Below are positions 1 to 13,603 of a stretch of 64,000 nucleotides of DNA, one piece after another. Origin of the DNA: Octopus vulgaris (lineage: Eukaryota); assembly GCA_951406725.2 (NCBI GenBank), contig OX597822.1, positions 114,142,001-114,206,000 on the forward strand, written 5' to 3'. The notes under the pieces are model-generated. The model ran no database searches. It had not been told where the DNA came from and worked only from the letters and a program-made list of their open reading frames with translations. Both the position numbers and the translations under genes were made by a program. Position 1 is the first letter of the stretch; every line of letters starts with the position of its first letter.

Positions 1-131
1 AAGATAAATTCATCTCATGGAACAGGGGCCAAAGCTTGTCCTTCGAAGAATCTGCAATGGGAAAGAAATGGCATTGAACTTTCTAGTATTTTGTATTTTC
101 TTCTTTTACAGATAAATCTACGCCTGAAAAT

Positions 132-313
132 ATGTGCCGACAATTGAAATTGACGTTTGTGTTGATACTCTATATGAGTTTCTGTTTGGAGTCTCATGCG
201 GCGTCAGACATTTGCACCATATGCCAATGTGGATATTCTAAGACAAATATAGATTGTTCATCTCGGCGACTGACTTCGATCCCGCAACCCATTCCACCGA
301 ATGTTGAAAGTTT
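132..313 (+). CDS. LRR gene, first coding exon: signal peptide + LRRNT cap
   Basis: ATG at 132. MCRQLKLTFVLILYMSFCLESHAA is a hydrophobic leader, followed by CTICQCGYSKTNIDCSSRRLTSIPQPIPPNVESL (LRRNT C-x2-C-x-C...DCS..L..IP). Acceptor ttcttttacAG at 110-111 upstream; donor GTAAGT at 314 (phase 2). Confidence 0.9.
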
Positions 314-1552
314 GTAAGTATTAGACCATTTCTATATATTTTCCGCATTTAATATTTTAAATTATCGTTGGTTATGTTCTAAATACCTCAGCTTTAAACC
401 ATAATGTTATGTTGGAGTAAAAAGGGCAAATATGTTAACTGCCGTTAAGTCAAGTAAATTATTTCTCTGTGTATTTTGACTCAAGGAATCTTTAATTTAC
501 AATATCCGAACTTTGATTATGTTAGTTTATTACATCAAAACTCTTTATGGCAAAACTCTTTATTCAGGGAAGGCAATGTATGAAAACTGTTGCAAAAATC
601 GTTGCATATATTGTTGTTATGAAGGAGAGTATAAAATGGAAGAAATATTCCGATAAATATAGTTCTACTGATCGATATCGAAATGCTGTGCTCCAGTTTT
701 ACAGTAGACAACCACTAATGGATCTACAATTGATTCTAATGAGAAATAATGTTCATGGATCATGCGGCTGGTTTAAAACATGTTACGCGTTCTTTTGTAC
801 GTTTTTACTGTGAGGCGGACAATTCAAATTGGTGATGGAACGCGTGGTGTCTGTCAGCCGGTGATGAGGGCTGTTTGAGTGCTTTTTGTGAGAGTTGCTG
901 TGTGCTTAGGATTGTTTTGTGCTGAGGATTGTTTTATGCTGCTTTGCAGTAGTTCTTTGAGTGTAACGCCATCATTGTTTGGTGGGTGGTACTGACTAAC
1001 GAAAAGGAAGAGCTTTTGTCGTCCCAAGCATGCTAGAACAAAATGAAATATGTTGCGATGTAAAATTGCTACAGAAATACTAAGATATGGTAAAGAGAGA
1101 GAGGTCAAACGTAAAGTTGACACCACCAGATGAAGACAAGGCGGGGAGAGAAAATAAAGTAATAGAGTACAGAACGTTTTCAAAAGAAAAATAAGAGACT
1201 TGAGAACGCAACGAAGAAGGAGATGGAAGAATGCCTAAAGGACCTGAAAGAAAACGTAAAGTTTTTTATTATTTTACAAGAGGAAAAAGATATGGTTCAG
1301 TAGCGGTCACATTTGTCTCCGAAGAAGTGGCAAAAAGATACGTCACAAGGATAGTATCAGGGGGAGGGGCACTTCTGCACAATTACCAGGGTAAACGATC
1401 TACTTTTTCGGTTCGGGAGGCCGTTTTTCGGTCTGAGGCGACTATGAGCCGCCTCTACCAAACGGATGAGATGGAAGGGAGAAATTTCTCTGAAATTTCA
1501 TCGACATCTGAGGAGGAAGCGGTGAAAAAGAACCATTAAATATAAAGTATAT

Positions 1553-2608
1553 ATGAATGGAGGTAGAAAAGTGGAAGTGATTAATATGGAAGCAATTGAA
1601 GAGGCTCTCAAACAGACAGGAAAAGAAATCGTGTACATGACAAAAGGATTAGAATATGGAACCATAACGGTACAATTTAGAAACGAGAAAGCAGCCAGGA
1701 ATATAGCAGCCAAGGTGGTGAGGACGGAAAGAATTAACGTGTTCCCATCGTATTTAAATAGAAAGACCACCAGAATTAGGGTGGAGGGAATACCTCCACA
1801 CCTAGAGGGCGAATTTATAACGGCTGCGGTAATAAAAGGAAACGAGGATAAGGTGGACATCCTCCACGCCATTATGAAATATGAAGGCGTGAGAGGTGCC
1901 ACACTAGTAATGAACATACAGACGGAGACGGAAGTTATAGAAAAGCTTACGGACAGTATAAAAACTGGGAATATTATTATAAGAGTGTGGGTGGAGAGTA
2001 GGGCGCCCAGGTGCTACAAGTGTGGCCAGAGGGGTCACATAAGAGCCTACTGCCCTCCCCCACCAAAGGAAAAAGAAAAGGAAATCGTTGCGGAAGCCCC
2101 AAAAGAGGAAGAAACTAAAGAGAACCAAACAGAAAAGGAAACGACAGAAGAAGAGGAGATGCAGCAAGAGTGGGAAGAAGGAAGAAAAAAGAGAAAAAGA
2201 AAGAAAAAGAAAAACTGTGCGAAGCCCCAACCCACCCCAACACCACCCACACCCTTGGAGACCCATCCTGCCCCTGCAAACAGCGATTCCACCCACTCCC
2301 CGCCTACAAGAAAAACAAAAACAGACACACAGAACAAACAAAGGCCCGATACCTACTTTTTATGTGTTGTGAGGAAGGGGGACACCGAGGACGCAAAAAG
2401 GATTTTTCAGGATGATGTATGGCAAGAGTATGAAGACGGCAGTTACGCGGTGTTTGATTTTGAACTTATGGACTCATTGACGGCCAAGTGTAACGATGTG
2501 CGTATAAAATGGAGGACAGCGTATATGAAGGATGATATGATAGAGAGGTATGAAAGAGAAACGAAGGGTGTGGTAAAAAAGTTTGGAATTGTAATGGGAA
2601 ATGGGTGA
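1553..2608 (+). mobile_element. Gag/ORF1-like protein with CCHC zinc knuckle (non-LTR ORF1-like), no ORF2 seen
   Basis: 351-aa intact ORF with CYKCGQRGHIRAYC knuckle, RRM-like N-terminal half, basic NLS-like KKRKRKKKK; AATAAA at ~2765. Confidence 0.7.
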
Positions 2609-5600
2609 TAAAGGACAGGTAAGTGATGCTGGCGGATGGGGCCGTTAGCATCGCTTTCATATTATCATTTTTTCATTTTATAATTCATTTGCTCATAATT
2701 TTAATCATATTGTTCTATGTCCCCCATGTTTTGTTATGTCCCCTCTTCGTCGCCCCTAGTGGGTAATAAAGAAATGAAGAGTTAGAGATGAGAGTTGGGT
2801 GATGTGAAGATTTCGTGATGTGAGTTAAGCGATGTGAACAGCTGGTGTGAGTTCTGCAGACGACGAAGAACTGCATACAGTGTGGATTTTGCAGCGAAGA
2901 AAATCGGTGTAAAGATGCCATGTGACCAGTCGAATTGAACCTGGCAACGAAGAACCACATTACGCAAATAATCCGGCCGGGTATGCCTACTTCTTCCACT
3001 TTAAACAAATTGGCTTGCTGGGCTGCCCCCAGGGTGCCGCATTTCGCAACATCATTTCTTAAATATAAGATGTTTATTGTTACAGTTATATTGATATTAG
3101 CTGATTTAGTAACAGAATGACAGTTAAATATTGCATGTCTATATTACGTTTACAATCAAATGTGATACTGTTAGACTAATTAAACTGCAGATGATTACGA
3201 GATCCGCTTAAATTGCCTGACTCTGAAATTACGTAAATGAAACATGTAAAATAGTTCGGTATTATGAAACTTATTTTTATTAAGCATGTCATCGGTAAAA
3301 TTTAGGTTGATATCATAAACCCGATACCTTTTTAGAAATAAAAACACATTAGTTATAATTCTACAAAATTCTTTAAGCTTAAGATTTAGCTGATCTCTCT
3401 GTTACAGTTCGACTGAAATGTACCCTAGTTTGTACAGAGTGGGTTCGACTCTTTCTGAGTAGTATTTCAGATTAAAGGATTTGTATAATATTGCATTAAT
3501 CGTTCTGACTTCAAATTCCGCCGAGTCGACTTTGCCTTTCATCCTTGAAAAATTGGCCGAACCTACAGGCCGTCGAGTTGAATGACACCTTGTGGTATTT
3601 AATCTAGCATTCGGTATTCTGACTTAAAATCTAGCCGAAGACGTCCTTAACTTACGGGGACTAGACAAAGTGTAGGGATGTCGGACTGTGTCTCGTATGG
3701 AAATTTTCTAGCTCTTTGTATTTTAAGTTCAAATCCCACTTGTTTTTACTTTCTGCGTTTTGAAGAACGAGTAGAGCTCATTAATTTCGCTGGTTGTGTG
3801 ATATGGGTGACAGTGATGATGGGAATGCTCCGTTTAAATTGTTACAGATAAATTCCCACCGTAAAGAAGACAAGAACATGGAGGACATTTCAGAAGCCGA
3901 TGCTCTGAGGATGAAGAACTAAACATAACGGTTAATATTACTGAAGGAATGCTAATAAACAGAGTGGTCTTACTTTGGTTACTTGAGCGTCAAAACGTGG
4001 GAGTTGTTGAGGGGGTGAAATATTTTCTGATTCTAAAAAGAAAAAAAAACATGTCTTTTAAATTCCGTCCTAGATATACACGGGATCTACTTTCTCCTAT
4101 AGTGAGGTTCTTCTTCAAAAGCGATTTCCTTCATGATCAAAAGAAAACAGAAGAGAATTCTTTATGGCTATCAGTATCCTTAGATTTTTAGATGTTTTTG
4201 TGTGAAAAGATGTTGGACTTTATTCAAGAGACAACATTGAATTTCTTGTCAGGCATTTTATGATATTCTATCATTTTCTGCAATCTGTTCCCATCTCTGT
4301 GACTTTAGCTTCAGCCAATAGATTAAATCTGAGCTGAGATGTTTTGACCGTTAAAACTCCTGGATATGATTTGAGCGTGGATGAGGAAATATCCAGTGAC
4401 TTGTTGATGAGAGGGGAAAATTGCTTTGGGCTGCATTTGATGTGTTGGTATCAGTTTCTACTTGTAGTATCTCAGTGTGTGTGAAAGATATGACACAATG
4501 ATTAGCATGTCTCTGCACGATAATACTGTGATTGGTTCAGTTCTTTAACTAAGCTCGGTGTTTGGGACGTTGATCAAGGTTGATCCAGTCTACTCAGCTG
4601 TAAATGTGTACCAGTCAAGTGTTGGATGCGACAGCTGGGTTAGGGTTAGGGTTGGAGATATAAAAGAGTATCTATGTCTGCTCGGAAATACATAGACACC
4701 TGAAGCAATTAGTAAAAGCATTAGATATGTTGCCAAGACATACTCGCTCGACTCGCGAATTAAGGATGGCTATGAATGTGTGTGCGAATGTGCAAATCTT
4801 GAGTGAGAATCTACTATTCGGTAGGTTACCAGGTGGTGGACAATGGAACAGCCTGTAAATATATGGATTACGTCAAATAAGGAAATACTTTGTTGGCGCA
4901 AACACAGCTGCCCTTTGGCTCAGCGTATCACCCATCTTCCACTCAATCTACGGTTACAGGCGAAACCTTGGGAAACAATATGACAGCGGTGTAGTCTCAG
5001 TGAGAAAGTCATTCATTGGCCAATGGTGACAATGATACGAAGCTAGACAAAGGGACTTCTATGTAGTTTCCGAAATCTATTACCACCAACGCTTTTAGAC
5101 TTAGTTAACATAGATGTTATGAAGCTACCGAATAATGCAAATGACTTTTAAATATAATTATTTCTTCATCCCGCATCGATTCTTGCGGGGATAAACAAAG
5201 GGCACAATCGGTTGTGGTCCAAAATATGGCGCATCATTCAAAAAATTAATCAAGAGCGCCAACTTGAAGACTCATCATTACAAAAATGCAAGCACACAGA
5301 AATAATATCAGCTTTGAATGCCTGAGCTCTAATTATCATTAATATGTGAATCGGTAGCATCAGATATATATAAATATTATTGTAATTAGTGACGACATAT
5401 AACGATATGTCTATAATAATAGATATATAATAGCATGAAAGTGTAATAAAACTAGGTATAACGAAATGGACCAATAAAGACAAAACAACTCATGAATTGA
5501 CTAATGAAAAGTGATAACAACACAATTATCAAATCTTCCCTACAAGGTGATAATTAGCAAGCCTAACATCATTTCACAATCAAAATATATCTAGTAATTA

Positions 5601-6181
5601 AAGGGTTGTGGGTGTAGAACACCTTGTTATGTGGAGTATAGTTGCAAAAGTGAAGATATATAAGGTACAGAGTACAATAAGCCATATTCTGTAAGATAAA
5701 ATCTGTGAAGTCTTAGCTTGCAAGCCGACATCCTAAATATCAAATGTGATATCTTCACCACTTGTCTGCAACCAAGGGCAAAATAAGAACATTGTATACT
5801 TCAAGCACTACTGTTATCATTGTAAAAGTTTACTTGTTAGAAAAACAATTACTTTAAAGATATTTTGAAAATGTGTAGCGTATGTTATAAAACATTTACC
5901 ACAGAAAATATAAATATAAAAAGTAAACTGTATTTGAGTTTTTTCTTATGTTCTGTGTGTTTACAATTCTCAGTGAATTAATATTCACAGAAAAACTGAG
6001 GATTTTTTGCATCTTGGCATCTTTTAAACAACGGTTTACCCAACATATTAGGAAATGATGAGATGATATCTATTTTAGGTATTAATAATCCCAGGGAAGC
6101 TCGGCCTTAGCCGATTGTGCATACATACATACGAGGCGGTGCCCAAAAGAAACCGTAATTTTGAAATATATTATTCACTTA

Positions 6182-6560
6182 ATAATAAATCTCTGAACGA
6201 GATTTAAACAATAACCGCTCGACAACGTAAAGTACACTAGCCATCTCAATATGGCTAACCATTAAGGGTGGGTGTTACTGTAGCTTGTAGTCCCAGGAGA
6301 TCATCGTCTTCAACAAACGGTCTCCCTTCATCGAAAACCAGTGATTGCCGTACGCTGAAGACAGGCAAATACCTCGAAACTGCAGTCCGTGCTTATCACT
6401 TAGGTTGGCGAGAGAGGGATGACCTCCCTTTACAAATACCATAAGGGCACAGAAAGTGTGCCTAAAGCCAACTGGAGACTATGATCTCCTGGGGCTACAA
6501 GCTACAGTAACGCCCACCCTTAGTGGTTAGCCATATTGAGATGGCTAGTATACCTTACAT
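6182..6560. mobile_element. Short element with ~80-bp inverted repeats, internal hammerhead motif and 11-bp TSD (Penelope-derived?)
   Basis: IR 6224-6304 / 6481-6561; direct repeat TTATTCACTTA at 6171-6181 and 6560-6570. Confidence 0.65.
6350..6392 (+). ncRNA. Type I hammerhead ribozyme motif
   Basis: gtacg-CTGAAGA-c agg caaata cct c-GAAA-ctgcag-TC-cgtgc. Stem I GUACG/CGUGC, palindromic stem III, GUC cleavage triplet; stem II closing pair is a C-C mismatch. Confidence 0.65.
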
Positions 6561-7454
6561 TATTCACTTAGTGTTACATATTTACACTTTTATTGTGTTC
6601 AAAGTATTCTCCATTTTAATCAATGCATCGTTCCAGGCGCCTTTTCAGCTACTGGAATCAGTGTTGGACCTATTCCGAAGTGATGCTTTTTAACGCCCCC
6701 ATCGTTTTCTTTCCTCACTTCAACATCTTCAAATTCCGTAGCACCAGCTTTCGTCACCAGTGATGACCTTCGAAAAAACTTTCGGATTACCTCATAACCG
6801 TTCTTCTAGCTCACGACACGCATTCAGCCGTGACTGTTTTTGACATTCAGTGAGCAAACGAGGCATAGATTTTGCTGGAACGCTTTTCATTCACAATTCC
6901 TCGCACAAAATTCATTGGCAGCAGCTCCAGGACAAAACCGACATGTCAACAAGTTCATCGATTGCTCAGTGACGGTCCTCCAGGTTCAGATCATGAATTT
7001 TCATGATGTTCGGGAGGTCGACGGTTGTCATGAATGAGGTTGGTTTCCAAGCGACAAGTGACCATTCCAAAATCGTGAAAACCATTCATAAACTTGTGCT
7101 TTGCCCATTGCATCATCGATGTGATGGGATGCATGAAAATTGTTTCATCTGCAGTTTTCAGCAGCAGTAAACAGAATTTCACAGAAGCACAATGTTCCTT
7201 CGTTCCAGCCATTGTAAAAAACATACGAACTGAGCAGAAACACGTCAAAACAAAGACAAACTACGCGGCAGTACAACACTACCGGATAACACCGGTTGGC
7301 TGACTGATGCCTGACAGTCGCATCAAGTGGAGTTTAGCGACGGAAACCTGAACTACAACGGGTTTGTCTTACAGAGAACATTTACGGTTACTTTTGTGTA
7401 TCCCCTCATATATACATATGCATATACATACATATATATACACACCCACACCCA

Positions 7455-7503
<49 letters not shown>

Positions 7504-8068
7504 GTAACGTAATGGAATAGGGATTTGAAATCCGAGCAGATACATTTTGGCATCCTGAGGAAATCTTGGGCTGATTAACCAATGAGTGTAATATGAAGAA
7601 AATGCTTCAACAAATAAATTATGAAGATGTAATATTCTTCGTTCTTCATGTTCACCTATTGAGTTAACACACACACGCATACAGAAACACACATACATAC
7701 ACACATGCTTACATACACACGTGCGTGCACAAACACACGCTTGCTTGCTTGCTTCATGATCATCCCAGGGTAGTGGTCCCCGAAACGTTCTTCGTTCCCA
7801 TCATCATTACCGAGACTATCCTCCGCAACACTATTCTTTCTCTCAGCCGTCAACATTGTCAGGTTCATCATCAACTTTATTCATTACCATAGACAACCGC
7901 AGTTAGTTGTACCCACTTGAACATCATCATCATCATCATTATCAATTTCAACAGAACTGTAATCAACTCTTCATGATTTCCATAGTTTAATTCCTTACTC
8001 GAAATATGTTATATACTTCCAAAAACCTGTTCCATAAAGTTTCATCTTGACTCAATTTTATGTTCCAG

Positions 8069-8140
8069 GGGTTTGTTCAATAATAACCTGAATAAAATCA
8101 AACCAGAAACCTTCCAAAACCTGTCCAGTTTAGAAAGTCT
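8069..8140 (+). CDS. LRR gene 72-nt exon (LRR1)
   Basis: ttttatgttccAG / GTAAGT; phase 2-2; translates GLFNNNLNKIKPETFQNLSSLESL. Confidence 0.9.
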
Positions 8141-8944
8141 GTAAGTTAAATCAGTTTTTATTTATGGTATATCATTGCCGATATGTTTCCATATTTGTAA
8201 TATCGTTCCTTACTTGATTATATGATCCTCCACCTGTCTGTAATTGTGTGTTAAAGAGTGTGAAGCCCCATGTATAAGATATGGCATATAGGAAAGGGTG
8301 AGACTTGAGTGGAAACTTTTCAGCTAATGCATGTATTTGCCTCTGTGTCCGAAGAAGTGTATTCATATATGAGTGTAAATCGATATGCACATTATGTACG
8401 GTGATTACCTCTAGATCGATGCTAATTCACATCATTGAATATCACATGTAATTCTATATTTAGAAGTAGATTATTCATACTCTAATTCCCCTCCCCCTCC
8501 TCTTCTTACCGCTTCTTCCTATCCTATTTTATTAATTATTCTTCATCATTATCATCTTCTCCACAATCTTCGCCACCGCCATTACCCTCAATCACCACCA
8601 CCATGGCCTCCAACACCACCACCATCACACACACTGCTTCATCTTCATCTTCATCATCATCATCATCATTTTCGTCACCGTCGGCATACCTTATTCTTCA
8701 TCCGTTTCAACTTTATACTCTCAATCTTTGTAGAAGCTCTTCTTATCTACTCTGAATAAACTATTCTCCTGGGAGCCTTCTTTTTTGGACTATCATACCA
8801 TCTTTGCTTTCTTTGCACAAAGTGCTGTTTCAGTCCCTCCATTACCACATTCAGACCCTTTCAATCAATATCATACTTCCTGTTCAGTGCCCTGTATTTA
8901 TAAGTTACCCCTTCTGTTTTCCATCTAACACAGAGATGTACTTC

Positions 8945-9560
8945 CAGAGCATATCTAACCCTGCCTGTATTCTTCTTTTCCGCCTGTTTTGCACCTCTTG
9001 CCATGAGCTAGGTTCATCTGGGACTCTCAGCTAGAAGAGGTCCAGCTTTGATATAAAAACCCCTACATCTTCTTTGTGCAAGTTCCTCAGGCTCTTTGGG
9101 AGAATATTAAAAAGCTGTGGGCCCTTGAAACCCAGGCTCTTGCAGTAACTGGTCCTGAAGCGTGATGACATTGCTAGGATCTTTGGCACTATGCAGTGTC
9201 GTCTCGTTCTGGCATTGGTGTAGCTTTCAATGCCAAAATTTGGCACAATTCCTTCCAGGATCTTCCAGATATATATTACTGCACAACTCTCCCTCTTCTC
9301 TCCAGAGAGTAGAGTCTTAGCTGTTTCAACTGTTCCCAGTCGCTGAGCTGTTGAAAAGAGTCGATTTTCTTTGTGAATCTTCTCTGGATTGCTTCAAGAT
9401 CTGCTGTTAATCTCACACTGGTGGGTGACCATAGATGTGGGCACTAATTCAAGCGGCTGAAGACGAATATCCGCCAGAGGACCATCATGGTTTCCTTATC
9501 TCTGGTTCTAAATTTCCTTAGAATCCATCCAGCCAGTTCGTGAAGCAGAGTTTCAGAATG
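8945..9560 (-). mobile_element. Old CR1-like LINE 3' fragment
   Basis: Peptide PNFGIESYTNARTRRHCIVPK...[21 protein letters not shown] is homologous to the C-terminus of the young LINEs at 50-62 kb. Confidence 0.85.
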
Positions 9561-9586
9561 TTATTCGCCCTAGTTGGTTTGAGTAA

Positions 9587-9643
<57 letters not shown>

Positions 9644-9671
9644 ATATATATATATATATATACATATATAT

Positions 9672-9722
<51 letters not shown>

Positions 9723-10139
9723 AATATATATATATGTGTGTGTGTGTGTGTGCGTGTACGTGTGCGTTTGTGTGTGTCTGAGTTTGTGGGGGCGTTGTAT
9801 ATATAGATATGGGTGTTTTTTGTCTGAGGTTGTGTATATATGTCTGTTTTTCTATGGATGTGTGTATGCAGTGTATAAAAATGTACTTGTATTTTGGTCT
9901 CTACATCATGAACCGTATTTATTTTCCCATCACCAATGATTAACATCCTCGTTATCATCCTCCTGCTCCACTTCCTACTCCTCTTCCTTCATCTTCATTT
10001 CCTTCCTTTTCTCCTCCGACTCCTTCTTTGTTCTTTCCTTCTTCTTTTACATTTATTTATACATTTTTTCTTATTCATTTCCTACTTCATGTTCGTCTCC
10101 TTCAACCCTACTTTCCCCTTTTGATTTTCTCTCCTTAAG

Positions 10140-10180
<41 letters not shown>

Positions 10181-10183
<3 letters not shown>

Positions 10184-11437
10184 GGTGAGGAAGCAAAATT
10201 TACAATATTTTGAGGCAGGGATTGAAAGACAGTGTATGACCAATTATTTTATTGAAAGTTATGAGAATTTATTTGCCACAAGAAAATTTACATAATAGAA
10301 AATGTTTTTATTCGATGTGTCCTTCTTTATCAATAACTGCCTTCACACGCCTCCTGAAACTTGTACAAGTGTTCCTCAAATATTGGGGAGACAACTTCTC
10401 CCATTCTTCTGTTATAGTATCTTTAAGAGAGTCGACATTGCTGTGTGATGTTCTATTGGTAGCATGTTCTAAAACGCCCCAAATAGCATAATCCAAAGGG
10501 TTTAGATCTGGGCTAGAAGGCGGCCATAAACATGATTCCCAAAAATCGCTAAAGTTGGATTTGAAGAAATCTTGTATCTTTCTGGCTGTATGGGCTGGAG
10601 CACCATCCTATGTCCATACGTAATTACCATCTGGGTAGTTTACTTTAAGCCATGGCAATACCTGGTATCTCAGAGTCTTGTAGTAAGTATTAACATTGAT
10701 CTTTTCATCAGCTTTGTAGAATTTTATAGGCATTTTCTTTCCATCGGAAGCCACAACACCAAAAGCCATGACTTGTGCAGGATGTTTTGTTTTGAATGTC
10801 CCCTTAACCTCAGCTGTTGAATTTGCAATAAATCTGTAATTTCTGCGGTTCAGAACAGCATCGACAGTGGAGATCTTTTCATCTGAAAAGATTGTTACAA
10901 TGGAGGACTTTTTCTTGAACCATGTAATACTTTTCTTGCATCTCTCCAAATGTTTTGGTGTTCTTGTGTAAGATTTTAACCTCAAATCATATTTTACTGC
11001 ATTTCTAATGGTCTTTTTGTCTACCCCAAGTTCAATTGCCATTTTTCTCATGGATATGGTTGGATCCTTTAGGATTTTGGATTTGAGAGCTTTAATAAAA
11101 GCTTTGGTACGTTTTTTGTTGATTCCTCCACTTCCAGACTTCCTCGTAATAGTTTTGCTCATAGTCATTCTATTCTTTACATTATAAACAGTCTTTATGG
11201 ACACTCCAACTATCCTTGAAATCTCCTTTGGTGTGACGAGTGCATTCAGCAAATCACAAACTCTTTAACGTTTGCTTTCCTGATTACTCGTATGGGCAAA
11301 AGTTTCTGAAAAGGTAAGGATAATAGTGTTAGGTATGAGTATGACATCAATATATGCTAGGTTTCAAAACAATTGACTTAGTGCCTGCTGAGAAAAAGCA
11401 ACTTAACGTTCATTGTAAATTTTGCTTCCTCACCCTG
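10181..11437 (-). mobile_element. Tc1/mariner superfamily transposon, DD37D (maT-type), with premature stops
   Basis: Perfect 26-bp TIRs CAGGGTGAGGAAGCAAAATTTACAAT, TA flanks; motifs FSDEK, WT*DGAPAH, WPPSSPDLNPLDY; 37 residues between the 2nd and 3rd D. Confidence 0.9.
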
Positions 11438-11449
11438 TATATATTTGTT

Positions 11450-11483
<34 letters not shown>

Positions 11484-11645
11484 ATTATGTATGCATATAT
11501 GTACATCAACATAATGGTGTTGGCTGTGTGTAGTTGTGTGCGTATGTGTATGCAAGTTTATAAATATTTACTAGTAAATCGCTCTGTATATCAAGTACGG
11601 TATTTATGTGAATATGAAGAGGACAAAGAAGAAAATGAAGAAGAG

Positions 11646-11691
<46 letters not shown>

Positions 11692-12800
11692 AAGAAGACG
11701 AAGAAGACGAAGAAGAAAATGAAGTATAGGAAGATTAAGAGGGAGAAGAAAAATAGTAAAAATTGAATGAAGATGAAGGAGACGGAGGTGAAGGGGAAGA
11801 AAAAAGATGATGATAAATGCGAAGGAGAAGGAAAGGAGTAGAAGCTGCTCCCCTTCCTCCTCCTATTTCTCCTTTTTGTCTTCCCCTCCTTTTCCTCCTC
11901 CTTTTTTACTTCTCATTATATAACTTGTACTTCCTGTGCTTTATCTTCTACTTTTACTACCTCTTCGTCTCGTGGAACCCTTCTTTCCCTTATTTCTACT
12001 TGTTCTGTCTTTACTTCATCTTCCTTACTCTCCGTCATTTCAACTTCTATTCCCTTCCTTCTCCTTCTCATTTATCATCATCATCTTTTCTTCCTCTTCA
12101 CCTCCGTCTCTTTCATCTTCGTCTACTTCTTTCTGTTCTTCTTCATCTTGCTCTTCTTCTTCTTCTTCTTCTTCTTCTTCTTCTTCTTCTTCTTCTTCTT
12201 CTTCTTCTTCTTCTTCTTCTTCTTCTTCTTCTTCTTCTCCTGTATATAAAAAAATCCTCTTTCATGATCTCTTCATAACAATTACTCTTTCCCTATCTTC
12301 TGCTGAATTATTTGTTCCTCTAAAATCTCTACTATTTCAATCACCACCATTGCCACCGTAACACTTATCGACGTCTTCCTCGCTGTCCGCATCACCGTCA
12401 TTATTCTCGTACTCACTGTGAACATTCCCCCAGTCATAATCATCGTATATTTCATCATCTCCCTCAACATCATCGACGTCATTTATTACCAAAAGCACCA
12501 TGATCGGGATACACGATCTTGAACACCATACAGACACATTGCCACAACGTCAGCATCATCAATATCATATTCATACTCACTATTGAAATGCTAATCCTCA
12601 ATCTCATTAACAACATCAATCAACATTAACATCAATCTCATCATCATCATCATCATCCCCATCATTATCCCTTCGTTATGGATAATAACAACATATATTT
12701 TCACCCTTTACTTATATCATATTTATCACTATTTGATATTTGTCTGTGTGCGTGTGTGTGTATGTGTATGTGTATGTATATATATATATATGTATATATT

Positions 12801-12979
<179 letters not shown>

Positions 12980-13252
12980 TCATATATATCTACATAATGG
13001 TTGTGTGTCTACGTGTCTGTTTAGCTATGGATATGTGAATGTAAGTGTATGAAAATTTACTAGTAATTCGGTCTCTATATCAAGGACGGTATTTATATTT
13101 CCATCATCATCATCTCTTCGTTATGGATTGTAACACCATATATTTTCACCTCAGCCTCATATAATATTCATCACTATTAATATCACAACTACTACCATCT
13201 CTATCACCATAGTTTTCTTTCCCACCTTCCCACTCATCGTCCTCCGATCGTC

Positions 13253-13308
13253 CTGGGTTCTGATGACATCAAGGAAATTAATGCTGACACCTTCCGAAAT
13301 TTGTCCAG
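13253..13308 (+). pseudogene. LRR pseudo-exon (acceptor and normal donor deleted)
   Basis: Encodes LGSDDIKEINADTFRNLS, similar to exon 16722-16793. No AG acceptor; the 3' end is fused directly to the post-exon intron motif gttgaat. Confidence 0.75.
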
Positions 13309-13569
13309 GTTGAATTAGTTTTCTTCTTCAGTATTTCATGGACGATATATTTCTAATTCTGTATTATGTGCACATCCTTCATTTAGGCTCCCTCACCTGT
13401 CCTTCCAAAGAAGATATTTATTGATCGTGAATTTGAGAGTGTGAGTGTGGGTTCATTTCTGAAATGTGGGATATATACAAGGCGGAACGCATTTACTGCA
13501 TGTATATGTATATATCTGTGTATCTTCTCAAACTTACTCTGACCACACTACGGATTTTATACGTATATT

Positions 13570-13603
<34 letters not shown>

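Larger units (their letters stand above)
6131..7260 (-). mobile_element. Degenerate mariner transposon
   Basis: TA-CGAGG terminus at 6131; minus-strand N-terminal mariner-like peptide (KEHCASVKFC...FMNGF) with frameshifts; interrupted by the 6182-6560 insertion. Confidence 0.55.

Noticed and set aside
4637-4655. Telomere-like GGGTTAGGGTTAGGG
   Set aside because: Only about 2.5 units; no evidence of a real interstitial telomere
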